From an uncultured archaeon (GTDB taxonomy: Archaea; Micrarchaeota; Micrarchaeia; Micrarchaeales; CABMGC01), in contig OY969902.1 of assembly GCA_963704435.1 (NCBI GenBank), positions 390,001 to 422,000 on the forward strand: 32,000 bases of DNA. Direction: 5' to 3'. The position numbers and the translations under genes were made by a program. Below the pieces are notes generated by a model, which ran no database searches, had not been told where the DNA came from, and worked only from the letters and a program-made list of their open reading frames with translations. Below, in pieces: positions 1 through 8,757 of this stretch. How positions within the stretch are numbered: the first letter of the stretch is position 1; the number at the start of each line of letters is the position of its first letter.

Positions 1-34
1 CTTCATGAAGATTCTTACCGGAATAATCTAGGAG

Positions 35-1144
35 ATGCGAGTGGAATATCTGACGCGCACGAGATTCATAATGATCGCACTTGCCGCACTTCTGGCAATG
101 TCCATGGGAACGGTAGGGGCCCAGACAACGTATTGCCAACCAGGGGGCACTGCTGAATCCCTAGCGCCGTGGTACTGCAGCCAGCTGAACCAGGCCATCA
201 CGAGCGTCTGGCAGAAGTGGGAGCCAGTCGCGATAATCACCATATTCCTGTCGTTCTTCATTGCAGCGTTGATATTCATGGTAGGAATAGCAATGCGGAA
301 CGATGGTGTGAGGAATTTCGGGGTCGGCGAGATGTATGAGGCGTCCGCCACGGCGCTGATTGCAATATTCTTTCTCACGCTGTCGGCTATACTCTTCGGA
401 GTAATACCAGGATTCTTCGTAGGTCCGATAAATCCCTATGTCACGGCGCTGTCGTACATAAGCAATACCGTCAATGCAACGCAGGGAATCATAAAGAGCT
501 TGTTTGCAGTCCAGATGACCGCCAGCTACTTCATTTCGTTGAAGCTACACATATACGTCTATGCATTTGGAGAGCTTACGGCGGGCGGATTCAACAGCGC
601 GACCTTTTATGAGCCATTTGCGAAGTTCATAGCTCCATTTTTCATAGTACCTGCTAATACTATCATTTCCATGCTAACAGACGGCCTAATTTACTTGTCC
701 GCGGAGTTCTACATGATACTCTTCCTCATGTACATCGCGGTGCCCGTGCTGCTCATACCTGGAATCATACTCAGGGCGATATTCCCTCTGAGGGGGCTTG
801 GCGGTACGCTGATCGCCATGGCCCTGGCGTTCTATCTAATAATGCCCGTCCTCTTCTCAGTCGTCTATTACTTCACGAACACCAGCATGATAGGTACGCT
901 GACTGCTGCAGCGGCCCAGATCACCGCGAACGGGGCGGGGACTGGGGCAATAACCAACACCGTCTCCGCCACGTCGCCTCTGGTAACCCAGGTTTCAAAC
1001 CTGGAGAGCAGCATGGGGGCGTACTTCCTCGCGATTCTGTTCTATCCTGCCTTGATACTTACAATTATCTACGTAGCGATAGTCGAGATCTCCGGTTTCC
1101 TTGGTGTGGCGGTAATGAAGTCCAAGAGGCTAAGCATGGTATGA
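35..1144 (+). CDS. Secreted/polytopic membrane protein, function unknown (VirB6/TrbL-like topology is only a guess)
   Basis: 369-aa ORF with a signal-like N-terminus (MIALAALLAMSMGTVGA/QTTY). Two Cys lie in the first external segment, followed by at least 6 long hydrophobic helices. Host-like AGG/ATA codon usage. A + strand reading frame stops at 29-31, 3 nt before this ATG, which suggests an operon continuing from upstream. Confidence 0.6.
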   Translation: MRVEYLTRTRFIMIALAALLAMSMGTVGAQTTYCQPGGTAESLAPWYCSQLNQAITSVWQKWEPVAIITIFLSFFIAALIFMVGIAMRNDGVRNFGVGEMYEASATALIAIFFLTLSAILFGVIPGFFVGPINPYVTALSYISNTVNATQGIIKSLFAVQMTASYFISLKLHIYVYAFGELTAGGFNSATFYEPFAKFIAPFFIVPANTIISMLTDGLIYLSAEFYMILFLMYIAVPVLLIPGIILRAIFPLRGLGGTLIAMALAFYLIMPVLFSVVYYFTNTSMIGTLTAAAAQITANGAGTGAITNTVSATSPLVTQVSNLESSMGAYFLAILFYPALILTIIYVAIVEISGFLGVAVMKSKRLSMV

Positions 1145-1266
1145 TTGCCGTGCACAACGGTATAAAAGCTTTAAGTGGCAAGTAGGTGCGAAGCCGCGGA
1201 ACCGCTGGTTTCGGGCGGATTCGCGAGCGTGGTTGCGTGCCGGTATCTGAAAAATTCTTATTCACG

Positions 1267-2067
1267 ATGCTGATACTCGTCTCCGCGACGCTCATAATAT
1301 TCACGCTGCTCTTCACCTTCTCCGACGCCGCCAAGTTCGCGCTCATCGTAGTCGCGCTGCTGCTCGACATACTGGCATTCTCTACGAAATTCTACACGCG
1401 GTTCTTCATCCCGTTCCTCCAGATGAAGGGCAGGACAGTGACATTGAGCGGCAGCGAGGCGTTCACGCTGGCGCCTACGGGCAACGCGATAGTCGTGAGG
1501 GACGGCGGAGACACCTACGCGAGCGCATTCGTGAAGATACCTTCGTACAGGTCCGCGACCGAGATGAACCCTGACGAGAAGATCGACTTCGCCAAGCTCT
1601 TCAGCAGGGCGATGACCATATCAAAGACGCCGGTGAAATTCGCGACCCAGCTGTATGTGATAAACAAGGACTCGTACATAAGCAACATAAGGAGCAAGCT
1701 GAACGAGGCCGAGGAGAGGTACAGTGGGACCTCGCTCGACAAGGGCGCCTCCAAGGAGCAGACGGAGAGGATAAAGGGGGAGGTCACGATGTGGCACAAT
1801 CTCTTCGACCACGTCAGCAAGACCCGGTCGCTGTCGCTCGAGGCCTACGCCATGGTCACCTCGCAAGGGGGCAGCGAGGAGGAGGCGGTGAACCTCGCGC
1901 TGCAGAGGGCGGACGAGATCGCCACCGGAATCAGCGCCCTGTTCGGCATAAGCGCGAGCGTCATGGAGGGCGAAGAGATGCTCAAGTTCGTGGAACCCGA
2001 CTACATAATCCCTGTGGTGACTGCGGCAGAGCAGCTAAGGGGGAATACGGTGGGGAAGGAGGTGTAG
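1267..2067 (+). CDS. Membrane-anchored protein, paralog A of a duplicated pair (2 N-terminal TM helices plus a soluble domain)
   Basis: Track ORF is 1186..2067. ATG 1267 (MLILVSATLIIF...) or GTG 1237 are the likelier starts because the first 27 codons are Arg/Gly-rich and unlike the rest. Colinear similarity to the next ORF: ...FVKIPSY...FAKLFSRAM..SKTPVKF... and C-terminal ...GGSEEEAVNLALQ...SALFGISASVMEGEEMLKF. Confidence 0.55.
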   Translation: MLILVSATLIIFTLLFTFSDAAKFALIVVALLLDILAFSTKFYTRFFIPFLQMKGRTVTLSGSEAFTLAPTGNAIVVRDGGDTYASAFVKIPSYRSATEMNPDEKIDFAKLFSRAMTISKTPVKFATQLYVINKDSYISNIRSKLNEAEERYSGTSLDKGASKEQTERIKGEVTMWHNLFDHVSKTRSLSLEAYAMVTSQGGSEEEAVNLALQRADEIATGISALFGISASVMEGEEMLKFVEPDYIIPVVTAAEQLRGNTVGKEV

Positions 2068-2073
2068 CAGGAA

Positions 2074-2898
2074 ATGGACGAGAAAACGATGGTTTACCTC
2101 TCAGCCACTACGGCAGTAGCGATGATTGTCCTGTTCGGCACGCCGCTGTACGGGGCGTTCGGGTTCTTCGCGGCAGCCCTCGCTGGACTTACCATAGTGA
2201 TAATATTCGTGATAAACTACGCAGACTTTCTAGTTTTTCCACTGATAACAGGCGTCCTTGGGATAAGGATAGTTCCTGCCAAGAACTACTACATCCCCGG
2301 AGCCAACAACTGCATAATAAAGTACACGAACGGGCTGTATTACGCCACGGGATACCTTACCGCTAATATCTACAACTACGTCTTCGAGGCTGAGAGCGAG
2401 GAGGGCGGGGAGGAGAGCAAACTCTTGGACGCCCCGGAGAAGTGGGAGAGGATAGTCATGAATTCCGACTTCCCGTTCAAGTTCAACATAATCGCCATTG
2501 CGGAGGACATCCAGAAGTACAGGGACGCCCTTGAGGGGAAGCGCGGGGTGCTGGAGTTCCAGCTTTCTAAGGAGGCTGGCAGCAATAACCCAAGCAAGAT
2601 GGACATGGACGACATACAGAAGCAGATAAACATCCTAGACGCCAGGATAGACCGGCTGTCCGGAGGTGAGCGTCCTGTTGATTCCGTGATGTACGCCGAG
2701 ACTGTGGCGGTCGGGGTCAGCGAGAAGGAGGCCGCAGATTCGCTGACGAACCAGCTGAACCACCTCCAGACGCTGTTCAGCGCGTTCGACGTGAACATAA
2801 CAAGAGTAGTGGGCAGGGAGATGTACCACCTTTTCACTTTTGGATACGCGCTTCCTGAGGAGGATCTGATGACCCAGCTGTTCACATTCCAGAGATAG
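2074..2898 (+). CDS. Membrane-anchored protein, paralog B of the duplicated pair
   Basis: 274-aa ORF starting 6 nt after the previous stop. Two N-terminal TM helices, then ...YLTANIYNY...WERIVMNSDFPFKF... and ...GVSEKEAADSLTNQ...SAFDVNITRVVGREMYHLF, matching the same blocks in 1267..2067. Confidence 0.55.
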   Translation: MDEKTMVYLSATTAVAMIVLFGTPLYGAFGFFAAALAGLTIVIIFVINYADFLVFPLITGVLGIRIVPAKNYYIPGANNCIIKYTNGLYYATGYLTANIYNYVFEAESEEGGEESKLLDAPEKWERIVMNSDFPFKFNIIAIAEDIQKYRDALEGKRGVLEFQLSKEAGSNNPSKMDMDDIQKQINILDARIDRLSGGERPVDSVMYAETVAVGVSEKEAADSLTNQLNHLQTLFSAFDVNITRVVGREMYHLFTFGYALPEEDLMTQLFTFQR

Positions 2899-3052
2899 CA
2901 CAGCGTTCACATAATAATATACTTCAGGAGAAACTGCCCAAGGTACGCTTTCTATAAACTCTTAAAGATAATGAGCCTAACTGACTCTGAGAGAGCTTGC
3001 ACTGTTCAGCGAAACCTTGAAAACAATAATTGATATTACTAGCTGATAGGGA

Positions 3053-3985
3053 TCAAACGAAGGTGCCAGCGGTCTGTCCAAAGGCGGGAGTATGACGATA
3101 GGCACCAACGAGGTCAGGGAGAGCGGAAATGTCTTTCTCCGTTTCAAGCAAACCATTGAAAGTTGACTGTAACCTGTCGCACTCCGCCACAGTACTTAGT
3201 TTAAACTGATAAGTTACCTCCTTAGCTGCCTTCTTACTTATGTCATTATGCACTTCAGCCTGAACTTTACTACCAAAAGGACGCAAATAGTCGTCCTGAA
3301 CGGCATTCACGTCTGCCAGTAGTTTAGCATCAGAAGCGAGGTTATTGGCGCCTGCCTTTATGCGAGCAAACAACCCTACCTTTGGAGGCTCGGATTTCTT
3401 CTTTGCTTCGGCAGCCAGCTTCTTCATAGTCCTATCTCGAAGGAGACTCAGATCCACCGAAAGTAGATTTAGACATATTACTTTCATCTCCAGAAGATTA
3501 TCCTTCCTTTGTATGAGCGGCCTCTTAAAAACAGGCAACTCACTAACGTAACCATATTCTGAAGGCGCGCCTCCTGTGCGCTTCGCAGCTTCGACTGCAA
3601 CAGCATTGTTCTCATTTAGTGTGGCAAGGTATTTCTCTGTGAAAGAGCCATTGTGTATTATATTGAGAACTACCAACCCATTAGGAAGGAAGACCATCAT
3701 CCTCCAATTGGTCAGATACATTCCTCCAAACTCACGATGGGCGTCTCGCATTCCCGCAAAGGCTCTAGATTTATCCCCGCTCTCGAACTGACGCTGCCCT
3801 ACCATACGATGAGAGCCTGCTTCTCTGCCAGGGCCATTAAGGGCGGCATTATATTTATTAAGATCAGTCAGCGTCCCAGAGCCGAATGTGGCAACAATCC
3901 GTTCTCCCGGTAACAGCAGACCTTGGTATTTTGTCGTATCCTGCTGTTGCATTGCTTTCGGATCTAGTTGTAACGAGCTCTCCAC
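3053..3985 (-). CDS. Hypothetical protein with a PH/GRAM-like N-terminal segment
   Basis: 310-aa ORF with a GTG start preceded by GGTGG. LLLPGERIVATF...MYLTNWRMMVF resembles bacterial PH/GRAM-type strand motifs (weak). The C-terminal half is Lys/Ala-rich and helical. The gene is visibly A+T-richer than its flanks. Confidence 0.5.
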   Translation of the reverse strand: MESSLQLDPKAMQQQDTTKYQGLLLPGERIVATFGSGTLTDLNKYNAALNGPGREAGSHRMVGQRQFESGDKSRAFAGMRDAHREFGGMYLTNWRMMVFLPNGLVVLNIIHNGSFTEKYLATLNENNAVAVEAAKRTGGAPSEYGYVSELPVFKRPLIQRKDNLLEMKVICLNLLSVDLSLLRDRTMKKLAAEAKKKSEPPKVGLFARIKAGANNLASDAKLLADVNAVQDDYLRPFGSKVQAEVHNDISKKAAKEVTYQFKLSTVAECDRLQSTFNGLLETEKDISALPDLVGAYRHTPAFGQTAGTFV

Positions 3986-4432
3986 CTTACCACCCTAAAC
4001 TAATATCTCTATTGATAGTTAAGTCTTTGGACCTATTTATAGCTATCCCAAACGTTCCATAATGGTGGAATATGCCTGTGGAGACAATTCTTCTATTGAT
4101 GGAGTGTTCTATAGAGAATAATCCTAATTTGAAAGCAGCCAACGGAGCCACAGGGAAAACAAATAAATAGCAAAGTTTTTAAGAGGGCTTTTCTAATAGA
4201 GCTATGAAAGTAGTTTAAGGCAGGATGGAGGAGAATTTGGTAATAGAATGAAAATAAAAGTGGGAAAGGTCAATTCAAATAAGGGTAAGATAGTTTTCGT
4301 CGCATCAAATTTAGGTGGACAAGGCTGTCCGACTATCGCCGTCACTGCAAGTAATTGTGCGAAGTTTAGAGATGATTACTCAGGTAAGTTGAAAGTAAAG
4401 AAGTCAATTGCAAACGTGTTATTTGGGTAAAG

Positions 4433-5836
4433 TCATTCGTTTTTCTCGGCAAACTTTGAACCTCGGATATCTCCAAGATACTCTTCTTTTTGTCGCTCCT
4501 TACCTGTTTTCTCATAATTCTTTCTCGCCATTTTCGATTTTTTGTAATCCTCTTCCAAAATTTTCTGTTGCATTGAGTAAGCATTATCAAAATGCCTGTA
4601 GCAGAATCTTCCAACAATCACATTTGTGGTAGTTAGTTTTGATAATCTTATTCCAAGATTAAGACTCATTAATTTGTCGGTATGACTATCTAAACTATCT
4701 GAATCGATAACAGGAACGCAAAATAAAAAGCCATCTGGACTCGCTAAATCGTAACTGGCGGCAAATTTGTTCGTATGTATATTGTCAGGTTCATCAACAA
4801 CTTCAGTCAGCAGTTTAATTTTATTTATTCCAAAAAGGCGGCGGTTAACCATGTTAACCATAATCACTCCCACATATTTGACAGGTAAGTTCTGCATCGT
4901 CATAGTTATTCTTCGAATTTTTCCTTCGTTTCTCAGCTTGTGGTATGAGTACTGCGCTCTTCCCCGGTCAAACGAGTGCCGCTTGTCTATCTCCACGAAC
5001 TCGATTGAGCCATCCGTATTGAGCTCTTCTAGCACGGCAGATTCCCTTTCGAGAAGCTCTCCTTTCTCTTTGAGTAGCCCTATGAACTCGTTCCTAACTG
5101 GAATGAAACCATAGACCTCGTTAAGTGAAACCGTGCTCCAGACCGACTCGAATTCTGAGAGGGCAGTTCTCGCGAATATGACTGCGGCTATCGCCTCGGC
5201 ATTGGTCCTCGCAAGCAAGTACACAATCAAGTCGAAATCTCCTGTGGTAAGTGCAGCCAACTGAATCCTCGGTTCTTTCTCCAAGATTTCTTTGAGTCTA
5301 TCGGAGGAAGGCACGCTTTCAGAGAATTTCACGGTAATCAGGAAAGGCATATAGCCGAACTTTCCTACGTCTATCTCGGGCAGGTATCTGATTCCATACC
5401 TTTTCTCCAGGCTGGCGACCTGCCACGCTGTCGCGTTGACGCTGAGTCCCACCATTTCACTGAGGACAGGGAGGGATATGCGGCCATTCATGCTCAGCGC
5501 GGTCAATAGGGTGTTCTCGTATTTTTTGGAGCTCTCGCGCATCCTTGGCTCTTCAGCGTGCAGTTCAGCCTGAGCGGAGAGCGCTGCTTGCCTGCCGTTC
5601 GGCTCGGCCGCAACTCCAAGCGCCTGCCTGCTGCGCTTATGCCTGCGCACGGCTGTGAACATCCCTTCCTCCGATATCTTGCCCTTGTATATGCTCACCT
5701 TCCTCGATCTCCTTGCCTCAGCATCCCATTTGCTGAAGGAGATATAGACGTAGTGGCGCCCTTTTATGCTCTTCAGCTCGTAGCTGCTGTTCTGCCATTT
5801 GAGCTTAGCAAACGCCTTGGATACCCTATCTTCCAT
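4433..5836 (-). CDS. Tandem Lrp/AsnC-type (HTH + RAM) transcription regulator with an N-terminal extension
   Basis: 467 aa. Module 1: ...LLTALSMNGRISLPVLSEMVGLSVNATAWQVASLEKRYGIRYLPEID..., then the RAM-like FLITVKF...TTGDFDLIVYLLARTNAE. A second, degenerate HTH+RAM-like module follows (ESAVLEELNTDGSIEF...KLRNEGKIRRIT...VGVIMVNM). The N-terminus has ...GRHYVYISFSKWDAEARRSRKVSIYKGKI, and the C-terminal tail is Lys/Glu-rich. Confidence 0.65.
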   Translation of the reverse strand: MEDRVSKAFAKLKWQNSSYELKSIKGRHYVYISFSKWDAEARRSRKVSIYKGKISEEGMFTAVRRHKRSRQALGVAAEPNGRQAALSAQAELHAEEPRMRESSKKYENTLLTALSMNGRISLPVLSEMVGLSVNATAWQVASLEKRYGIRYLPEIDVGKFGYMPFLITVKFSESVPSSDRLKEILEKEPRIQLAALTTGDFDLIVYLLARTNAEAIAAVIFARTALSEFESVWSTVSLNEVYGFIPVRNEFIGLLKEKGELLERESAVLEELNTDGSIEFVEIDKRHSFDRGRAQYSYHKLRNEGKIRRITMTMQNLPVKYVGVIMVNMVNRRLFGINKIKLLTEVVDEPDNIHTNKFAASYDLASPDGFLFCVPVIDSDSLDSHTDKLMSLNLGIRLSKLTTTNVIVGRFCYRHFDNAYSMQQKILEEDYKKSKMARKNYEKTGKERQKEEYLGDIRGSKFAEKNE

Positions 5837-5865
5837 CCCATTCCCAGAGTTATTACGTTCGAGTG

Positions 5866-5875
5866 CTATATAAAC
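5866..5875 (-). promoter_or_regulatory. TATA box (GTTTATATAG on the minus strand) for the 4433..5836 regulator gene
   Basis: Near-consensus archaeal TATA element 30-39 nt upstream of the ATG at 5836. Confidence 0.4.
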
Positions 5876-6211
5876 TTTTGTCCATCTTGCGTTCCCTATT
5901 TATAGGGTTTTTGCATATCTTGCGGGATTATGCAGGATAATTAGACTTCCCTATTTTATCTCATTACTGGAGTGTTACTTCTTCATTTAATTGGTATAAA
6001 AACCATTAATTTATATTGATTTTGATGTGTTAGCCATTGAACGCTCCGACTTATGTGGAGCAGGCATATATGGAAAGAGAGACAAAATCAACCTTAGGGA
6101 GTGGGATGGGCTATTGGATGGGCAACGGTAGACTGAACGATTTGTATTGTGTCCATTCTTATTTTGTATTTCCTCACCCGGAAACAAAATGGCCCGCTCT
6201 TTCCTTAGACT

Positions 6212-6562
6212 ATGGCGCAGCGTGAGCTGCGCCTGATGCTCAAGGGGGAATGGGATATGGGGAACGACATTGGAAAGGAGAATAATTCCGGCAGGGTGTC
6301 AAAGAGCAGGGCGAGGCACAGCTTCATCCTTCTGAGGCCGGACCGCGCGCGCAATTCGGAGATGGTGGCAAAGAGGATAGCCGCGTGCAGGGGCGTCAGT
6401 GAGGTCTGCCTAACGAGCGGGAGCTACGCGTTCATCATCGCCGCGAAGAACGGCAGCGAGGACGACATCAGGCGGACGTGCGGAAGGATTAGGAAGGCCG
6501 CGGGTAGCGGCGGCGAGGTGAGCGTGGCACTGAACCACTACGTCTACAGGTCGAGGCGGTGA
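6212..6562 (+). CDS. Stand-alone RAM (Lrp/AsnC ligand-binding) domain protein
   Basis: HSFILLRPDRARNSEMVAKRIAACRGVSEVCLTSGSYAFIIAAK fits the beta-alpha-beta-beta pattern of RAM/ACT-like domains. No HTH is present. The start is uncertain, with ATGs at 6212, 6236 and 6257. Confidence 0.55.
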   Translation: MAQRELRLMLKGEWDMGNDIGKENNSGRVSKSRARHSFILLRPDRARNSEMVAKRIAACRGVSEVCLTSGSYAFIIAAKNGSEDDIRRTCGRIRKAAGSGGEVSVALNHYVYRSRR

Positions 6563-6584
6563 TGCGTGTCGATAAAGGATAGGA

Positions 6585-6589
6585 TTTTT
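6585..6589 (+). terminator. Oligo-T tract after the 6212..6562 gene
   Basis: T5 run 23 nt after the stop codon. Archaeal terminators are typically oligo-T. Confidence 0.3.
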
Positions 6590-6729
6590 GGGAAACCCAT
6601 AGGTCAGAATGATGAAGACAGACCTATCAAGATGGTACAGGAAAGGGAGAATGTCTGGAGGGTCGTTTACGCGGACTGAGTCGGATGCTGTTTGTTACAA
6701 TCTGCTACCCGCTCGTAGTGAAGTACGAT

Positions 6730-8757
6730 CTATTGCTGTCCATATGAGAGGGAAGGAGTGGGGGTTCCCGTCTTCTTCTTTGGCATTCGCCTGAACGCGA
6801 CATATACGATGACCACCGCTGCAATCGCGAAGGCCGCGATATTCGTCGGGGATATGAAGAACACCGTTACGGCCTTCCCGTACCCGACTGTCACGGGGCT
6901 GCTCATCCCAAAATAGCTGGCCGTGCCGTTTGCCGCTCCGTAGGGCGCGTCCGCCAGCTGCACCGTGCCGCTAGCGCCTGAAAAAGTCCTGCTAGAGCTG
7001 AGGTTCCCATAGGTAAGGGATACCGTCGCATTCACAGGAATAAGGAACAGGTCCACGGTCCTTATGGAGATGTTGTATATGGGCAGCGCGACGGAGACAT
7101 TGGATGGCGCTGCCGCCGAGATGCTGACGTTCACCGGGAGCAGGACCCCCTTGTAGTAGGCGCCTTCCACTGAATGGGTCTGGTTGGCGTTGAGGAAGAA
7201 GGTGCCGTTCTCCAGTTTGCCGTCGACAATGAAGTATGACACGGGAATCTGGTTACCATAGGCGTCGGTTCCTGCCAAGCCAATTCTGTACTGCGTGTCG
7301 AAGATCGCGTGCAGGCTTAGCGGACCTGACACCGCCTCCCTGAACGTGCTGTTGGCGTTTCCGTTGCTCCAGGATGCGAAGGCCTCCCTCTCGCTCGCGC
7401 TTATGTTTACTATCGGCCTGCTCACTCCGATGTCCGCGACGGTTCCGTTGGCGTACCATCCGCTCCCGGTTGCGTTCGGGTACGGCGAAGTGGCGTTTAC
7501 CAGGTATTCATGCAGCCAGAGGGCATTCAGGCTTACCGGACCCGAGACCAAGAAGTTGCCGCTGAGGTTCCTGTTGCCGTTGCTCCAAGAGCTGAACGCG
7601 TATCTCGCCGTCGCGTTCTCATAGACCATCGATGTGTTGAGCCTGTAGCTCGCTAACGACGCGTTGTTGTACCACCCCGTCCCCGTGACCTGCGAGAAAG
7701 GCGAGGAGACGTTCACGAACTGCTGCAGTCGCCAGTTCGCGGTCTCCGTTATGTTGCCGACGAGCATTACCGAGACGTTGTTCTTGGTCCCCGTATACGA
7801 TCCCACTCCGGAGCCCGACCAGCCGGTGAACACCGCACGGGTCGTATTTCCGACGTAAGAAATCCCCGGCGCGGTCAGGTTGACTGTGGAGTATGCCGCA
7901 TAGCCCACCCTGCTGCTCAGGTTGCCGTATCTCGACAGCACGCTGGCCGTGTAGCCCAGGCTCCACAACTGCGCGCTTTCCGTATTAGGCAGCCCGGATC
8001 CGACCGCGAAATAGTTGGTCCTGCTTCCTATCTCCTGGACTCCATAGGGGTTCGGCACGCTGGTTGCGCTGCCCACCCCATAGCTCACATCTCCGAATCC
8101 TGTGGCCACTGGAAGGAACGATCCGTGCGCGTATGATGAGAGGTTCGAGAAAATCACCCGGTTCATGTTCACCTGCGCCCTGCCGGTCGCGTTCGCAAGC
8201 TCGGCCAGCGCGACGGGGGAGAAGGGCCCCGATGACGACTCCCCTATGCTTACGCTTCCGAGCGTCTTCCCGTCCATGAGGAAATACCATACGTTGCCCA
8301 CAGAATAGAAGGAATACGTGTTGAGCGTACCGTTGACTCCTGCTGACCCGTCAGGGCCTATCTGGCCGGTGAAAGTGTTGTTCTTCCCCGGAAGGAAGTA
8401 CTCGTAGAACCACTCCGCGTCGCCCTTCCTCAGGTATTCGTCACCAGAGCAGCCTGAGACCGTGCAGTTAGCGGCGTACTGCCCGGTGTCGTTCTCGATG
8501 ACATAGCCCACCTGCAGGAAGGCGCTGTTCGCGAAGTTCTCGCCGACCCAGAAAGCCATCGAGCCGCTTGAGAGGGACTGCGTCGTTATGGTCTGTATCG
8601 TCACGCTCGCCCCGTTGTTGTACGCAGCGCCGCTCCCCGCCCTTACCCCGCTCTGGAACCAGTACTGCGCATTGGCAGCCGCCAGCAGCAGCGCTAGGGA
8701 CAGCAGAAGGGAAGCCAAGGGCAGCCTACAGTTTCTCATAATCCAAACCGATCTCAT
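6730..8757 (-). CDS. Cell-surface glycoprotein: signal peptide, eqolisin(G1)-like N-domain, three InlB-B-repeat-like units, C-terminal TM anchor
   Basis: 675 aa. Signal peptide LLLSLALLLAAANA/QYW. About 30 N-x-S/T sequons by my count. Three repeats carry the F-x-(G/S)-W-S-(G/N)-G signature (AVFTGWSGSG, YAFSSWSNGN, EAFASWSNGN). The C-terminus has IAAFAIAAVVIVYVAF followed by RRMPKKK. Confidence 0.75.
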   Translation of the reverse strand: MRSVWIMRNCRLPLASLLLSLALLLAAANAQYWFQSGVRAGSGAAYNNGASVTIQTITTQSLSSGSMAFWVGENFANSAFLQVGYVIENDTGQYAANCTVSGCSGDEYLRKGDAEWFYEYFLPGKNNTFTGQIGPDGSAGVNGTLNTYSFYSVGNVWYFLMDGKTLGSVSIGESSSGPFSPVALAELANATGRAQVNMNRVIFSNLSSYAHGSFLPVATGFGDVSYGVGSATSVPNPYGVQEIGSRTNYFAVGSGLPNTESAQLWSLGYTASVLSRYGNLSSRVGYAAYSTVNLTAPGISYVGNTTRAVFTGWSGSGVGSYTGTKNNVSVMLVGNITETANWRLQQFVNVSSPFSQVTGTGWYNNASLASYRLNTSMVYENATARYAFSSWSNGNRNLSGNFLVSGPVSLNALWLHEYLVNATSPYPNATGSGWYANGTVADIGVSRPIVNISASEREAFASWSNGNANSTFREAVSGPLSLHAIFDTQYRIGLAGTDAYGNQIPVSYFIVDGKLENGTFFLNANQTHSVEGAYYKGVLLPVNVSISAAAPSNVSVALPIYNISIRTVDLFLIPVNATVSLTYGNLSSSRTFSGASGTVQLADAPYGAANGTASYFGMSSPVTVGYGKAVTVFFISPTNIAAFAIAAVVIVYVAFRRMPKKKTGTPTPSLSYGQQ

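Noticed and set aside
4248-4430. 60-aa ORF (MKIKVGKVNSNKGKIVFVASNLGGQGCPTIAV...) in the A+T-rich spacer.
   Set aside because: No recognisable family. A GGAGGAG motif lies a rather long 18 nt upstream. The ORF ends 2 nt from the convergent regulator gene. In A+T-rich DNA a 60-codon frame is some evidence, but it is not enough to call a gene.
6599-6627. Hairpin ATAGGTC-N15-GACCTAT between convergent genes.
   Set aside because: A 7-bp stem with a 15-nt loop. It could contribute to termination, but archaeal termination is adequately explained by the nearby T5 run. No further evidence.
6609-6679. Candidate C/D-box sRNA: AUGAUGA at 6609-6615 and CUGA at 6676-6679 in the convergent spacer.
   Set aside because: No acceptable D'/C' boxes at the expected 12-nt guide spacing, no terminal stem, and the span (71 nt) is at the long end. 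The C-box match is also just the ATGATG start of a spurious ORF.
8726-8757. 32-nt same-strand overlap between the dtdA 3' end and the start of the surface glycoprotein gene.
   Set aside because: Probably just start-codon ambiguity; a second in-frame ATG at 8739 shortens the overlap to 14 nt. Short overlaps are common in this compact genome, and nothing suggests recoding.
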